A DNA stretch of 64,000 nucleotides from Acidobacteriota bacterium (GTDB lineage Bacteria; Acidobacteriota; Vicinamibacteria; JAXLQT01): the NCBI GenBank assembly GCA_046331505.1, contig JAXLQT010000008.1:11567-75566 (forward strand). The letters run 5' to 3'. Positions 45,498-55,312 of the stretch are shown here, one piece after another (position 1 is the stretch's first letter; every line of letters starts with the position of its first letter). The notes under the pieces were generated by a model. That model was not told the origin of the DNA. It worked only from the letters and a program-made list of their open reading frames with translations, and did no database searches. A program made the translations under genes and the position numbers.

Positions 45498-47201
45498 TTG
45501 TCCCACTCGCACCACCCGCAAGGATTCCTCGGGAAGTACGTCTTCAGCTTCGACCACAAGGTGATCGGAATCCAGTACATCGTGACGGCGATGATGATGG
45601 CCCTGGTGGGCGGGGCGCTGGCCCTGATGATCCGCATGCAGATCACCTGGCCAGGGAAGGCGATCGTCTCCCCCGAGACCTACCTGAGCCTCGTCACCAT
45701 GCACGGGACGATCATGATCTTCTTCGTGGTGTCGCTCGCGCTCGTGAGCGGGCTGGGCAACTTCGTGATCCCGCTTCAGGTCGGAGCGAAGGACATGGCT
45801 TACCCGCTCCTGAACATGCTCTCCTACTGGGTCATCGTCCCCGCGTGCGCGCTGATGGTGGGCTCCTTCTTCGTCGAAGGCGGTGCGGCGTCGGCCGGAT
45901 GGACATCCTACCCGCCGCTCTCCGCCGTCAAGGGCGCGGTGCCCGGCTCGCAGATGGGGCAGACGCTCTGGCTCCTCGCGATGGCGCTCTTCATCGTCTC
46001 CTTCACCATGGGCGGGCTGAACTACCTGACCACGATCCTCTGTTGCCGCGCCCCCGGGCTGTCGATGATGCGCCTGCCGCTGGTCATCTGGCACTTCCTG
46101 CTCGCGACGATCCTCGGGCTGCTGTCGTTCCCGGCGCTGACGGCGGCCGCGGTGCTGCTGCTGTTCGATCGCCATCTCGGCACGAGCTTCTACCTGCCGA
46201 GCGGCCTCATCATCGGCGACACGGTGCTCAAGAACGGCGGCGGGACCCCGCTCCTGTTCCAGCACCTCTTCTGGTTCCTGGGGCACCCCGAGGTGTACGT
46301 CCTGGTGTTGCCGGCAGTGGGGGTCGCCTTCGACGTGATCCCGACCTTCACCCGGCGGCCGCCGTTCGGCTATCGCGTCACGGTGACCGCGCTCATGGTC
46401 ATCGGGGTGCTGTCGATGATCGTCTGGGGTCACCACATGTTCCTGACCGGGATGAACCCGTACGTCGGGGAGTACTTCTCGGTCGCGACGGTGCTCATCA
46501 CGGTTCCCTTCGCGGTGCTCGGGGTCAACCTCCTCGCGAGCCTCTGGCGCGGCCGCATCCGCCTCGCGGCACCGATGCTGTTCGCGCTCGGCCTCATCTC
46601 CACCATCGGAGCCGGCGGCTTCGGAGGACTGTACCTCGGCACGGCAACCTCGGACATCTACCTGCACGACACCTACTTCGTCGTGGGCCACTTCCACCTG
46701 ATGATCGGCGTGACGACGCTTCTCGCGACCTTCGCCGGGATCTACTACTGGTTCCCGAAGATGTTCGGCCGGCACATGAACGAGACGTTCGGGAAGATCC
46801 ACTTCTGGCTGACCTACGCGCCGATGCTGCTCCTGTTCGTCTCGATGCACCTCCAGGGGCTCGGAGGCGCGCTCCGCCGTCAGTACGACCCGACGAGCTA
46901 CGAATACGCCCGCTCCGTGCGCGAGATCGATCCGATCTTGACGGCGCTGGCGATCGTCGTCGTGTCCTCCCAGTCGATCTTCGTGGTGAACTTCGTCTGG
47001 AGCGCGTTCAAGGGCAAGAAGGCGGCCGAGAACCCGTGGGAGGCGACGACGCTCGAATGGACCACGCCCTCGCCGGCGCCGCACGGCAACTGGGATGCGA
47101 CCCCCGTCGTCACGCACATGCCCTACGTCTTCGGGAAGAACGGCGCCAAGAAGGACTACGTGATGCAGGGCCAGGTGCCCGAGCGGGAGAAGGTCGCGTG
47201 A
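45498..47201 (+). CDS. coxA: Cytochrome c oxidase subunit I.
   Basis: [31 protein letters not shown] and VGHFHLM signatures. TTG start after AGGAGG. The upstream part of track ORF 44610..47201 overlaps coxB and is not part of the gene. Confidence 0.9.
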   Translation: [567 protein letters not shown]

Positions 47202-47707
47202 GCGCCGAGGCGCTCCGTTCGCGGACGAACGACGTCGCGCTGCTCGCGGTCCTTTCGATCGCGACGATGCTCTTCACCTCGTTCACGGCGGCCTATGTCA
47301 TCCGCCGCACCAGCGTCGACTGGGATGGGCTCGCCCTTCCCGGCATCGTCTGGCTGAACACGGCCCTGCTCCTGGGAAGCAGCGCGACCATCGAGGCGGC
47401 GAGGCGGAGGGATGCCGGCCGGTGGCTCGCCGTCACAGCGGTCCTCGCCGCAGGCTTCGCCTGCGGGCAGGTCGTGGCGTGGCGGATGCTGACGGCCGCG
47501 GGCACGCCGCTCGGCGCTGGGCCGCACGCCGCGTTCTTCTATGTCCTCACCGGCGTCCACGCGGCGCACTTGGCCGGCGGGCTCGGCGCCCTGTGGCGCG
47601 TGATGTCACGAGGCGCGCGCGCCGAGGCCGTGCGGCTGCTCTCGATCTACTGGCACTTTCTCGCGGCAGTGTGGCTCTACGTCCTGCTGCTCTTGACCGC
47701 GCTGTAG
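47198..47707 (+). CDS. Short cytochrome oxidase subunit III-family protein.
   Basis: GTG overlaps the coxA stop (GTGA). TM protein with YWHFLAAVWLYVLL (subunit III signature YWHFVD..W). Only the last 170 codons of track ORF 45845..47707 are real. Confidence 0.65.
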   Translation: MSAEALRSRTNDVALLAVLSIATMLFTSFTAAYVIRRTSVDWDGLALPGIVWLNTALLLGSSATIEAARRRDAGRWLAVTAVLAAGFACGQVVAWRMLTAAGTPLGAGPHAAFFYVLTGVHAAHLAGGLGALWRVMSRGARAEAVRLLSIYWHFLAAVWLYVLLLLTAL

Positions 47708-47716
47708 GAGGCGATA

Positions 47717-48343
47717 ATGGCTTCGGCGTACGAGCTCGGCCACGACACATACTCCGACCGCTCGGACTGGCGGGGCGGGGTCTCGCCATTCGGCACGTCC
47801 TGGCAGAAGACGATGATGTGGTTCTTCATCGTGTCGGACGCCCTCCTCTTCGGCGCGTTCCTCGCGGCCTACGGATTCAAGAGGCTGGCCGCCGGGACGT
47901 GGCCGGACCGGACGCACGTCTTCCACATGTCCTACATCACGGTGATGACGTTCGTGCTCATCACGTCGAGCGCCACCATGGCGTCTGCGGTCGCGGCTGC
48001 CAGCGCGAGCAGGAAGCAGGCAGCCTCGCGGTTCCTCCTGTTGACGATGCTCGGAGGCGCGGGGTTCCTCGGGATGCAAGCCTACGAGTGGTCGAGCGTG
48101 ATCCGCGAGGGCGCGCGGCTCCACGCCAATCCGTGGGGCGTCCCCGACTTCTCGAGCTTCTTCTTCGTCATCACGGGCTTTCACGGAACACACGTCCTCA
48201 TCGGAGTGATCGTGCTCGCGGCCACGCTCTTTAGGAACGCGACGGGCCGCGTGTCGCGCGAGGGCGTGGAGCTATGCGGGCTCTACTGGCACTTTGTCGA
48301 TCTGGTCTGGGTGTTCATCTTCGGGTTGTTCTATCTCGTGTAG
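47717..48343 (+). CDS. coxC: Cytochrome c oxidase subunit III.
   Basis: MASAYELGHDTYS... HGTHVLIG...GLYWHFVDLVWVFIFGLFYLV. Confidence 0.9.
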   Translation: MASAYELGHDTYSDRSDWRGGVSPFGTSWQKTMMWFFIVSDALLFGAFLAAYGFKRLAAGTWPDRTHVFHMSYITVMTFVLITSSATMASAVAAASASRKQAASRFLLLTMLGGAGFLGMQAYEWSSVIREGARLHANPWGVPDFSSFFFVITGFHGTHVLIGVIVLAATLFRNATGRVSREGVELCGLYWHFVDLVWVFIFGLFYLV

Positions 48344-48346
48344 GGA

Positions 48347-48800
48347 GCGAACCGGCGGGGGACAAGCCCCCGCCCTACGGACGGATCACGGAACCGGCGG
48401 GGGACAAGCCCCCGCCCTACGGACGGATCACGGAACCGGCGGGGGACAAGCCCCCGCCCTACGGACGGATCGCGGAACCGGCGGGGGACAAGCCCCCGCC
48501 CTACGGACGGATCGCGGAACCGGCGGGGGACAAGCCCCCGCCCTACGGACGGATCACGGAACCGGCGGGGGACAAGCCCCGCCCTACGGACGGATCACGG
48601 AACCGGCGGGGGACAAGCCCCGCCCTACGGACGGAACACGGAACCGGCGGGGGACAAGCCCCCGCCCTACGAACGGATCGCGGAACCGGCGGGGGACAAG
48701 CCCCCGCCCTACGAACGGATCGCGGAACCGGCGGGGGACAAGCCCCCGCCCTACGAACGGATCACGGAACCGGCGGGGGCAATCCCCGCCCTACGGACAT
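48347..48800. repeat. Tandem array of about 11 x 42 bp, containing the same palindromic core as the 23.6-24.2 kb array in the opposite orientation.
   Basis: Unit GAACCGGCGGGGGACAAGCCCCCGCCCTACGGACGGATCACG with minor variants. It starts 4 nt after the coxC stop and ends about 70 nt before the coxIV ATG. Confidence 0.95.
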
Positions 48801-48870
48801 CGAGGTACCGGCGGCAATGAGCCCGCCTTCGGAAGTCGAGCTGCGGGCACACGCCCCGGAGAGGTTGGTC

Positions 48871-49119
48871 ATGGCACCTTCGTACAAGAGCTACTGGATC
48901 GCTTGGTCGATCCTCCTCGCCATCACCGTGGTGATGGTGTCCATCGCCACGCCCGCGGTCCTCCTCGCGGGGATCGCCGTGAAGGCGAGCATCATCGCGC
49001 TCTGGTTCATGCACCTGCGCCACGAGCGCCTCGCGCTCACGGCGACGGTGATTGCGGCGAGCCTCCTGACCTGCCTCCTGCTGTTTGGCCTGATCGCGAC
49101 CGACGGGCTGGCGTCGTGA
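48871..49119 (+). CDS. Prokaryotic cytochrome c oxidase subunit IV (two-TM small subunit).
   Basis: MAPSYKSYWIAWSILLAITVVMV...WFMHLRHERLALTATVIAASLLTCLLLF. RBS GGAGAGG. Confidence 0.75.
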   Translation: MAPSYKSYWIAWSILLAITVVMVSIATPAVLLAGIAVKASIIALWFMHLRHERLALTATVIAASLLTCLLLFGLIATDGLAS

Positions 49120-49366
49120 TCGTCGCGGTCGCGCCGTGCTGTCTATCGGGGGGCGCGACGGCCCGCCTCGCTTCCGGGATCAACGCGGCGACCGTGTTGA
49201 TGCTCCTGGTGCCTTTCGTCCTGATCGGTCTCTCCGCGCTCCGGCTCGCTCGGTGGGCGGCGAAGGATCCGTCCGCCGCCGCCTCGACGGCCGAGGAGGC
49301 GCCAGGAGCCGTCTGATCCTGGCACATGCGGTGCAAATGGATCGGGGAGAGGGGGCGAATCCGATG

Positions 49367-50398
49367 GCAACCGCGGCGGCCGAGAATCCAGATGCCTGGA
49401 GGTTGAGAAAACGCGGGTTCCCCGCGAACGGCACACCGTCCCAGAAGCTCCGGTACCTCGTACACTACGCGACCCTGGCTCCGTCGAGCCATAACAGCCA
49501 GCCCTGGCTGTTCCTCGTGAGCGACGACGAGCTGTCGCTCCTCGCCGACCGGAGCCGGGCGCTACCCGTCGTGGATCCGACCGATCGCGAGCTGACGATG
49601 AGCTGCGGGGCGTCGCTCCATCACCTGCGGGTGGCGATGAGGCGCTTCGGCATGACTCCCGAGCTCCTGCTGTTTCCGGACGCCGCGAGCCCGGATGTCC
49701 TCGCCCGCGTCCGTATCGGCGCCCGCGTGGAGCCCACGTGCGAGGACCGCGAGCTCTTCCGCGCCATACGCAAGCGCCACACGAACCGCCATCGCTTCGA
49801 GGAGCGTGTCGTGCCCGGCGACGTCGTCGCGACGCTCGAGCACGCCGCGCGCCTCGAGTCCGCATGGCTCGTCCCGCTCGACGCGGCGGCCCGCGAGGTG
49901 GCGGCGTCGCTGGTGATGGAAGGCGATCGCGCACAGGCGAGCGACCCGCGCCACCGGCGGGAGCTCGCGTCGTGGATCCACCCGAACAGGACGGCGAGCC
50001 GGGACGGGATGCCTGGGTCGGCCATCGGGCTCCCCGATCTGATGTCCTACGTCGGTCCGTTCTACCTGCGGACCTTCGACTGGGGCGACCGGCAGGCGGC
50101 CCAGGACTGGCAGCTCGCGCTGGGATCGCCGGTACTCGCCGTTCTCGGCACCGCGCGGGACGACGCGCGAGGCTGGGTCGAGGCGGGCCAGGCGCTCTCG
50201 CACGTGCTGCTCGCCGCGGCGGCGCGGGGGCTGTCGGCGTCCTTCCTCAACCAGCCGATCGAGCTTCCCGATCTGCGCCTCCGGATGGCAGTGCTCATCG
50301 AGGGGCGCGGGCATCCGCAGGCCCTGCTGCGCATGGGGTACGGACCTCCCGCCGAGCCCACGCCGAGGCGCTCGTGCGCCGACGTGCTGGTGAGCTAG
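49367..50398 (+). CDS. Nitroreductase-family (Acg-like) FMN-binding protein.
   Basis: ...LRYLVHYATLAPSSHNSQPWLF... is a nitroreductase fold repeated twice. ATG at 49367 follows GGAGAGGGGG. The track ORF begins earlier, at 49136. Confidence 0.65.
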   Translation, partial: ATAAAENPDAWRLRKRGFPANGTPSQKLRYLVHYATLAPSSHNSQPWLFLVSDDELSLLADRSRALPVVDPTDRELTMSCGASLHHLRVAMRRFGMTPELLLFPDAASPDVLARVRIGARVEPTCEDRELFRAIRKRHTNRHRFEERVVPGDVVATLEHAARLESAWLVPLDAAAREVAASLVMEGDRAQASDPRHRRELASWIHPNRTASRDGMPGSAIGLPDLMSYVGPFYLRTFDWGDRQAAQDWQLALGSPVLAVLGTARDDARGWVEAGQALSHVLLAAAARGLSASFLNQPIELPDLRLRMAVLIEGRGHPQALLRMGYGPPAEPTPRRSCADVLVS

Positions 50399-50405
50399 GA
50401 CGAGC

Positions 50406-51662
50406 ATGGACCAGAGAGAGCGCCGCCCCAGGGTCCGGATCCGGCACCATCCCGAGACGGCCGCGATCGCCGACGGTTTCGACCCGGCGCTCTCGGTCAT
50501 GGCGGCACGGCCCCCGATCTATCCCGTTTCCACCTATTGCTTCCACTCGGCTGCCGAGGCGAAGGCCTACTTCGACTCGGCGATGGGCCGCGGCAACGGC
50601 GACACGGGCCACGGGCTCATCTACGCCCGGCTGAACAACCCGAACGCGGAGATCTTCGAGGACCAGCTCGTCCCGCTGGAGAAGGGAGCGATGGGCGCAG
50701 TCAGCTTCACCTCGGGGATGGCCGCCATCACGGGAGCGTTCCTCGCGTTCCTCCGCCCAGGCGACGTCGTGCTCGCTCCGCGGCCGGTGTATGGCGGCAC
50801 CGAGCACGTGCTCCACGAGCTCCTGCCGCCGTTCGGAATCACGGCGCACTTCGTTCCGGCCGGCGATACGGCGGCCATGGAGAGAGCTGCCTCGGAGCTC
50901 GGGTCGCGGCTCGCAATGGTCTACGTCGAGAGCCCGGCGAACCCCACGCTGGTGATGACCGATATCGCCGCCGCCGCGGTGATCGCCCACCGGGAGCGCG
51001 GCCACCGCCGCGCGATGGTGGTCGTCGACAACACGTTCCTCGGACCGGTGTTCCAGTCGCCGCTCATCCACGGCGCGGACCTCGTGCTCTATTCCGCGAC
51101 GAAGTACATCGGCGGCCACTCCGATCTGGTGGCCGGGGTCGCGCTGGCGAGCGACCCCGAACTCCTGGTGGCGCTACGGGGAGTCCGCACGTTCTTCGGC
51201 ACGATCTGCGAGCCCTTCACGGCGTGGCTCCTCACCCGGAGCCTGGCGACCATCTACACGCGCACGATCAAGCAATCGAAGAACGCCTCCCGGATCGTCG
51301 AGCACCTCTCCGGCCATCCGAAGCTCCTGCGGCTCCACTACCCGACACTGATCGAGGGCGAGCAGCGGCGAATCTACAAGTCGCAATGTACGGCTCCCGG
51401 AGGGATGCTGGCCCTCGAGCTCCGCGGTGGCCGTGACGCCGCGTTCCGGTTCCTCGACGCTCTGCGGATCCCGAAGCTCGCGGTGTCGCTCGGCGGTGTC
51501 GAGAGCCTCGCCACCCATCCCCGGACGACGACGTCGTCGGAGATGAGCGCGGACGAGCTCGACAGGAGCGGCATCACGGAGGGGATGGTGCGCTACTCGG
51601 TGGGCGTCGAGTACTGGCGCGACCTCGTGCGCGACATCGAGTCGGCGCTCGAGCAGGCCTGA
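50406..51662 (+). CDS. Cys/Met-metabolism PLP-dependent enzyme (cystathionine gamma-synthase / methionine gamma-lyase family).
   Basis: YARLNNPN, SFTSGMAAI and ATKYIGGHSDLVAG (the PLP-lysine region) place it in this family. Confidence 0.85.
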   Translation: MDQRERRPRVRIRHHPETAAIADGFDPALSVMAARPPIYPVSTYCFHSAAEAKAYFDSAMGRGNGDTGHGLIYARLNNPNAEIFEDQLVPLEKGAMGAVSFTSGMAAITGAFLAFLRPGDVVLAPRPVYGGTEHVLHELLPPFGITAHFVPAGDTAAMERAASELGSRLAMVYVESPANPTLVMTDIAAAAVIAHRERGHRRAMVVVDNTFLGPVFQSPLIHGADLVLYSATKYIGGHSDLVAGVALASDPELLVALRGVRTFFGTICEPFTAWLLTRSLATIYTRTIKQSKNASRIVEHLSGHPKLLRLHYPTLIEGEQRRIYKSQCTAPGGMLALELRGGRDAAFRFLDALRIPKLAVSLGGVESLATHPRTTTSSEMSADELDRSGITEGMVRYSVGVEYWRDLVRDIESALEQA

Positions 51663-52340
51663 GGGCGGGCCGCCGGCCCGAGACCGGCCGCGAGCGCCGC
51701 TGCGGCGGCACGGCTCTTCACACCCAGCTTCGCGTAGAGCTTCTTGACATGGGACCCCACCGTGTGGACGGAGACGCCGAGCTCCACGCCAATGGCGGCG
51801 TTCGACAGGCCCCGGGCGAGGTGCGCGAGCACGTCCGCCTCGCGACGCGTCAGCGGGGGCAAGCGTGCCGGCGTCTCGATCCTCGTGGCGAGCGACGCGA
51901 GGCGGCGCGCGACCTCTGCCGACAGCTCGAGATGGACGCGGCGCTCGTCGGAGATGTCGCGCAGGAGCAGCGCGCGACCGATCACGCCGCCGAGGTGCGA
52001 CACTGCAGGGCGAGACGCTCGCGCGCAGCATCCGCCCGCCGTCGAGCTCGAGCTCGGCGGTCGCTCCCTGGTCCTCGCCCTGGGACTCGCGCCAGAAGCG
52101 CGCCAGGGCGCCGTTGGGAATCAGCGCGCGCAGCGGGACACCCGCCGAGCGCCGGCCCGCCAGGCCGAGGAGTGCCTGCGCCGTGCGGTTGATCTGTACG
52201 ACGCGGCCGGTGGGGTCGACGAGGACCAAGCCGTCGGTCATCCCGGCGATGGCTGCGCCGAGGAGACATTCGGCGCACCGGCCGTCCTGCAGCGGGCTGT
52301 AGCGCTCCCGCGGCCGCCGGATCGGATCGGGGACCTTGCC
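51593..52340 (-). CDS. PAS-domain LuxR-family transcriptional regulator. Frame disrupted near 52005.
   Basis: PAS-like segment MTDGLVLVDPTGRVVQINRTAQALLG in one frame. LuxR HTH LTRREADVLAHLARGLSNAAIGVELGVSVHTVGSHVKKLYAKLGV in track ORF 51593-52003. Both ends are uncertain. Confidence 0.55.
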
Positions 52341-52411
52341 GGGCGGGGGCTGGTCTCCCGCCGGCTCGGTTCGGATACGCGCCGGTGAGCCCGTCCGGTT
52401 CGGATCGGATC

Positions 52412-52618
52412 TCAATGTCGAGGCAACCGCTCGAGGAGCTTGAACACGTGGACGCCGTAGGCAATCAGGCCGATCCCTCCAGCGAGCAGCGCGAGGCCCA
52501 TCGCCAGGCTCGCCAGGTTGCTGTTGAGGAAGTAGTCGTTGATGGCCCAGGCCCCGATGATGTCGGCGCCGGCGATGCAGAGTGTGATGAACGCAAGGTG
52601 GAACGCTTTGAGCGACAT
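52412..52618 (-). CDS. Small two-TM membrane protein, hypothetical.
   Basis: MSLKAFHLAFITLCIAGADIIGAWAINDYFLNSNLASLAMGLALLAGGIGLIAYGV. Strong RBS GGGGAGGTG. Locally lower GC. Confidence 0.55.
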   Translation of the reverse strand: MSLKAFHLAFITLCIAGADIIGAWAINDYFLNSNLASLAMGLALLAGGIGLIAYGVHVFKLLERLPRH

Positions 52619-52672
52619 GGCGCACCTCCCCTTGCCCGGATCGCAAGCAGCTTTCGTGCCTGGAGAGCCCGG

Positions 52673-55311
52673 TCAGGGCTGCGGAGGACCGGTGACCCGG
52701 GCGGCAAGAGCGCGGGCGCGGGCGCGAAGCGGCGCGTAGACGGCGTGGACATCGGACAGGGGAGCCTGGCCGGCCTCGGCGCGTCGAGCGACGTCGGCGG
52801 CCAGATCGCCGAACAGCGTCTTGCCCATCGTCGCCGCCAGTGGCGGGGCCGGGGCAGGCGTTGCGGGGGCAGGCGTGCTTGACTTTCGATCACCTTCGCC
52901 CACGACGCTCGACTTCGCGGGCGCCGCGACCGCCACCGCGGCCCTGTAGAGGGCGGCGGCACCGGCCGCGTCACCCGCCTCGTAGCGCAGGTAGCCGGCG
53001 AGGAGCCGCGCCTCGACGCTCTTGGGATTGGTGCGCACGGCTCCCTCGAGCAGGCGCGCTGCCTCGCCGCGCTCGCCCTTGACGATGAGCAGCTCGCCGA
53101 GCCGCACGATGGGGCCGGTCTCCTCGCCGTTGATGGCGTGCGCGCTCCTGAGGTGCTCCTCGGCCCCCGAGACGTCGATCGGCGTGCCCTCGTCGGGCGA
53201 CGCGAGGAGGGCGGCCAGCGCCAGATGGCCGCGCGCGCTTCTCGGGTTCACCAGCACCAGCCGGTCGAATGCCGCCCGCGCTTCGGGCCTCTGTTCGAGC
53301 TTCTGGCGGCACTGGCCGAGGTAGTAGAGCGCGTCCTCGTGCCGCGGATCGATCGTGAGGGCCTCTTCGTAGGCGCTCGCGGCTCCCGCGAAGTCCTTCC
53401 GCGTGCGCCGTCCCGTCGCCTCGTCGAGCCTCTGCCAGAATAGCCGTATGTCTTCCCGGCGCGCGACGCGTGCGGGGGCGCGGCCCCGGCGACCTCGATC
53501 GCCGGGTTCCCTTCGGTGATCCGCAGTGTGTGATCGACCGGCAGGTTCTCGAAGGACTGGGTGGTGCCGCTCGGCCACGCCACCTCGATGCGATCGATGG
53601 ATGAAGCCCCGGCGAGGCCGAAGTGGACCTCTCCGGGAGACGATTGCGACAGGTAGGACGGTCCGCCTCCGACGGCGCGCACCTGCACGCCGGCGCTCGA
53701 TCGGAGCGTCACGAGCGCGCCATTGGCGAATGTGGTGCTGGCAGGGAAATGGCTGCCCTTCGCGCCCCGCAGCACCAGGCGGGCGAAGTGGTGGCCGGTT
53801 GCCTGCGTGTTCTGGAGGAGCCGGGCGTCGCCGCCGTTGACGGCGATCGCGCAGTCGACGTCGCCGTCACCGTCGTAGTCGGCGCAGGCGGATCCGCGCC
53901 CGACGTGCTCCGTCTGGAAGGGGGCTCCCCCGCGCGTGCCTGCCTCGAAGAACCCCTCGGCCTTTCCCGCGTTCCAGAAGAGGAGGTCCTTCATCGGCAC
54001 GAGCCGCGACGCATCGTCCTCGCGCTGGAAGGTGCTTCCGTTGACGACGAGGAGATCGAGCCGCGCGTCGTTGTCGTAGTCCAGGAACTCGGTTCCCCAG
54101 CCGACGTAGTCGAGGGCGATCTGGCCGAGCCCCACGAGGTCGGCCTCGTCGGTGAAGTGGAGGGGATCGCGTGGCGAGGCGGCGATGTTGCCCTTCTGGT
54201 TCACGTAGAGGGCGTTCTCCTGGGCGATCCAGTGCGTGATGAAGATGTCGAGGTCGAGGTCTCCGTCCCAGTCGCCGATGGCGAGGCCCATCGCGCCACG
54301 GTAGTCTGCCACCCACGCCGAATGGCTCACGTCCTCGAACGTCCCGTCGCCGACGTTCCGGTACATCGCATTGTCCGAGATGTCGTTGGCGACGTAGAGG
54401 TCGGGCCAGAGGTCTCCGTCGAAGTCCGCCCAGGCGGCGGACAGGGATCTCCCCGAGGGGTTGTCGACACCGGCGCGCGCTGCGCTCTCGGCAAAGCGCA
54501 TCCGCCCCTCGTTGTGGAACAGGAGGTTCCGCTCGGGGGTGAAGCTCGAGGGGTTGAGACTGGCGGGGACCGTCGCCTCGTACATGCGAGACGCGCCAGA
54601 CGCGCTCGCGACGTACCGGACGTATCCGCACACGTAGAGATCGAGAGCGCCGTCCCGGTCGTAGTCACCCCAGGAAACGCCGGTCCAGAAGCCCTCGGGC
54701 TCTCCCATTCCACTCTCGCGCGACACGTCGGCGAAGGTGGCGCCGTCGTTCCTGTAGAGGGCGATCGTGCCGAATCGCGAGACGGCGAGATCCAGGTCGC
54801 CGTCGCCGTCGGCATCCCCCCAGGCGGCGCCCATGCCGAGGCCTCTCGCTCCCACGCCGGCCTCCGTGGTCACGTCCGTGAACCGGCCCCCGTCGTTCCT
54901 GTAGAGCGCCGAGCGGGCGGGCGATGCCTCGATCTCCACCGCCGTGGCCGTCAGCGGGCCAGACTCGTTGACCAGGAACAGATCGGGATCGCCGTCGCCG
55001 TCGTAGTCTCCCCACGCCACTCCCGAACCCATGTCCTCGGGGAGCTGCGTCGACCGCTTGCCGTGGAAGTGGTGGAACGCGATGCCGGCGTCGGCCGCCA
55101 CGTCCCGCCACGCAACATCGGGGATCCCGTTCGGCGCCGGCCGTGCGAGGTCGTGCGTGATCTCGTCGCTCGATGCGGCCTCGACGCCCGGGGTGTAACC
55201 GATGACGCGGGGCCCGCGCAGGAGGAGCAGAGCGGCACCGGCCGTCGCCGTGACGCATGCGTAGAGGATGCGGCGCTGGGTGCGGCGGGTGAGGGGACCT
55301 CGTGCGATCAC
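52673..55311 (-). CDS. CRTAC1-family protein (FG-GAP/VCBS repeats plus ASPIC/UnbV domain) with C-terminal TPR domain. The frame changes near 53475.
   Basis: GDYDGDGDPDLF-type FG-GAP/VCBS repeats and the ASPIC-like region are in track ORF 53248-55311. TPR repeats are in track ORF 52673-53578. Start is GTG at 55311. Confidence 0.65.
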
Positions 55312-55312
55312 G

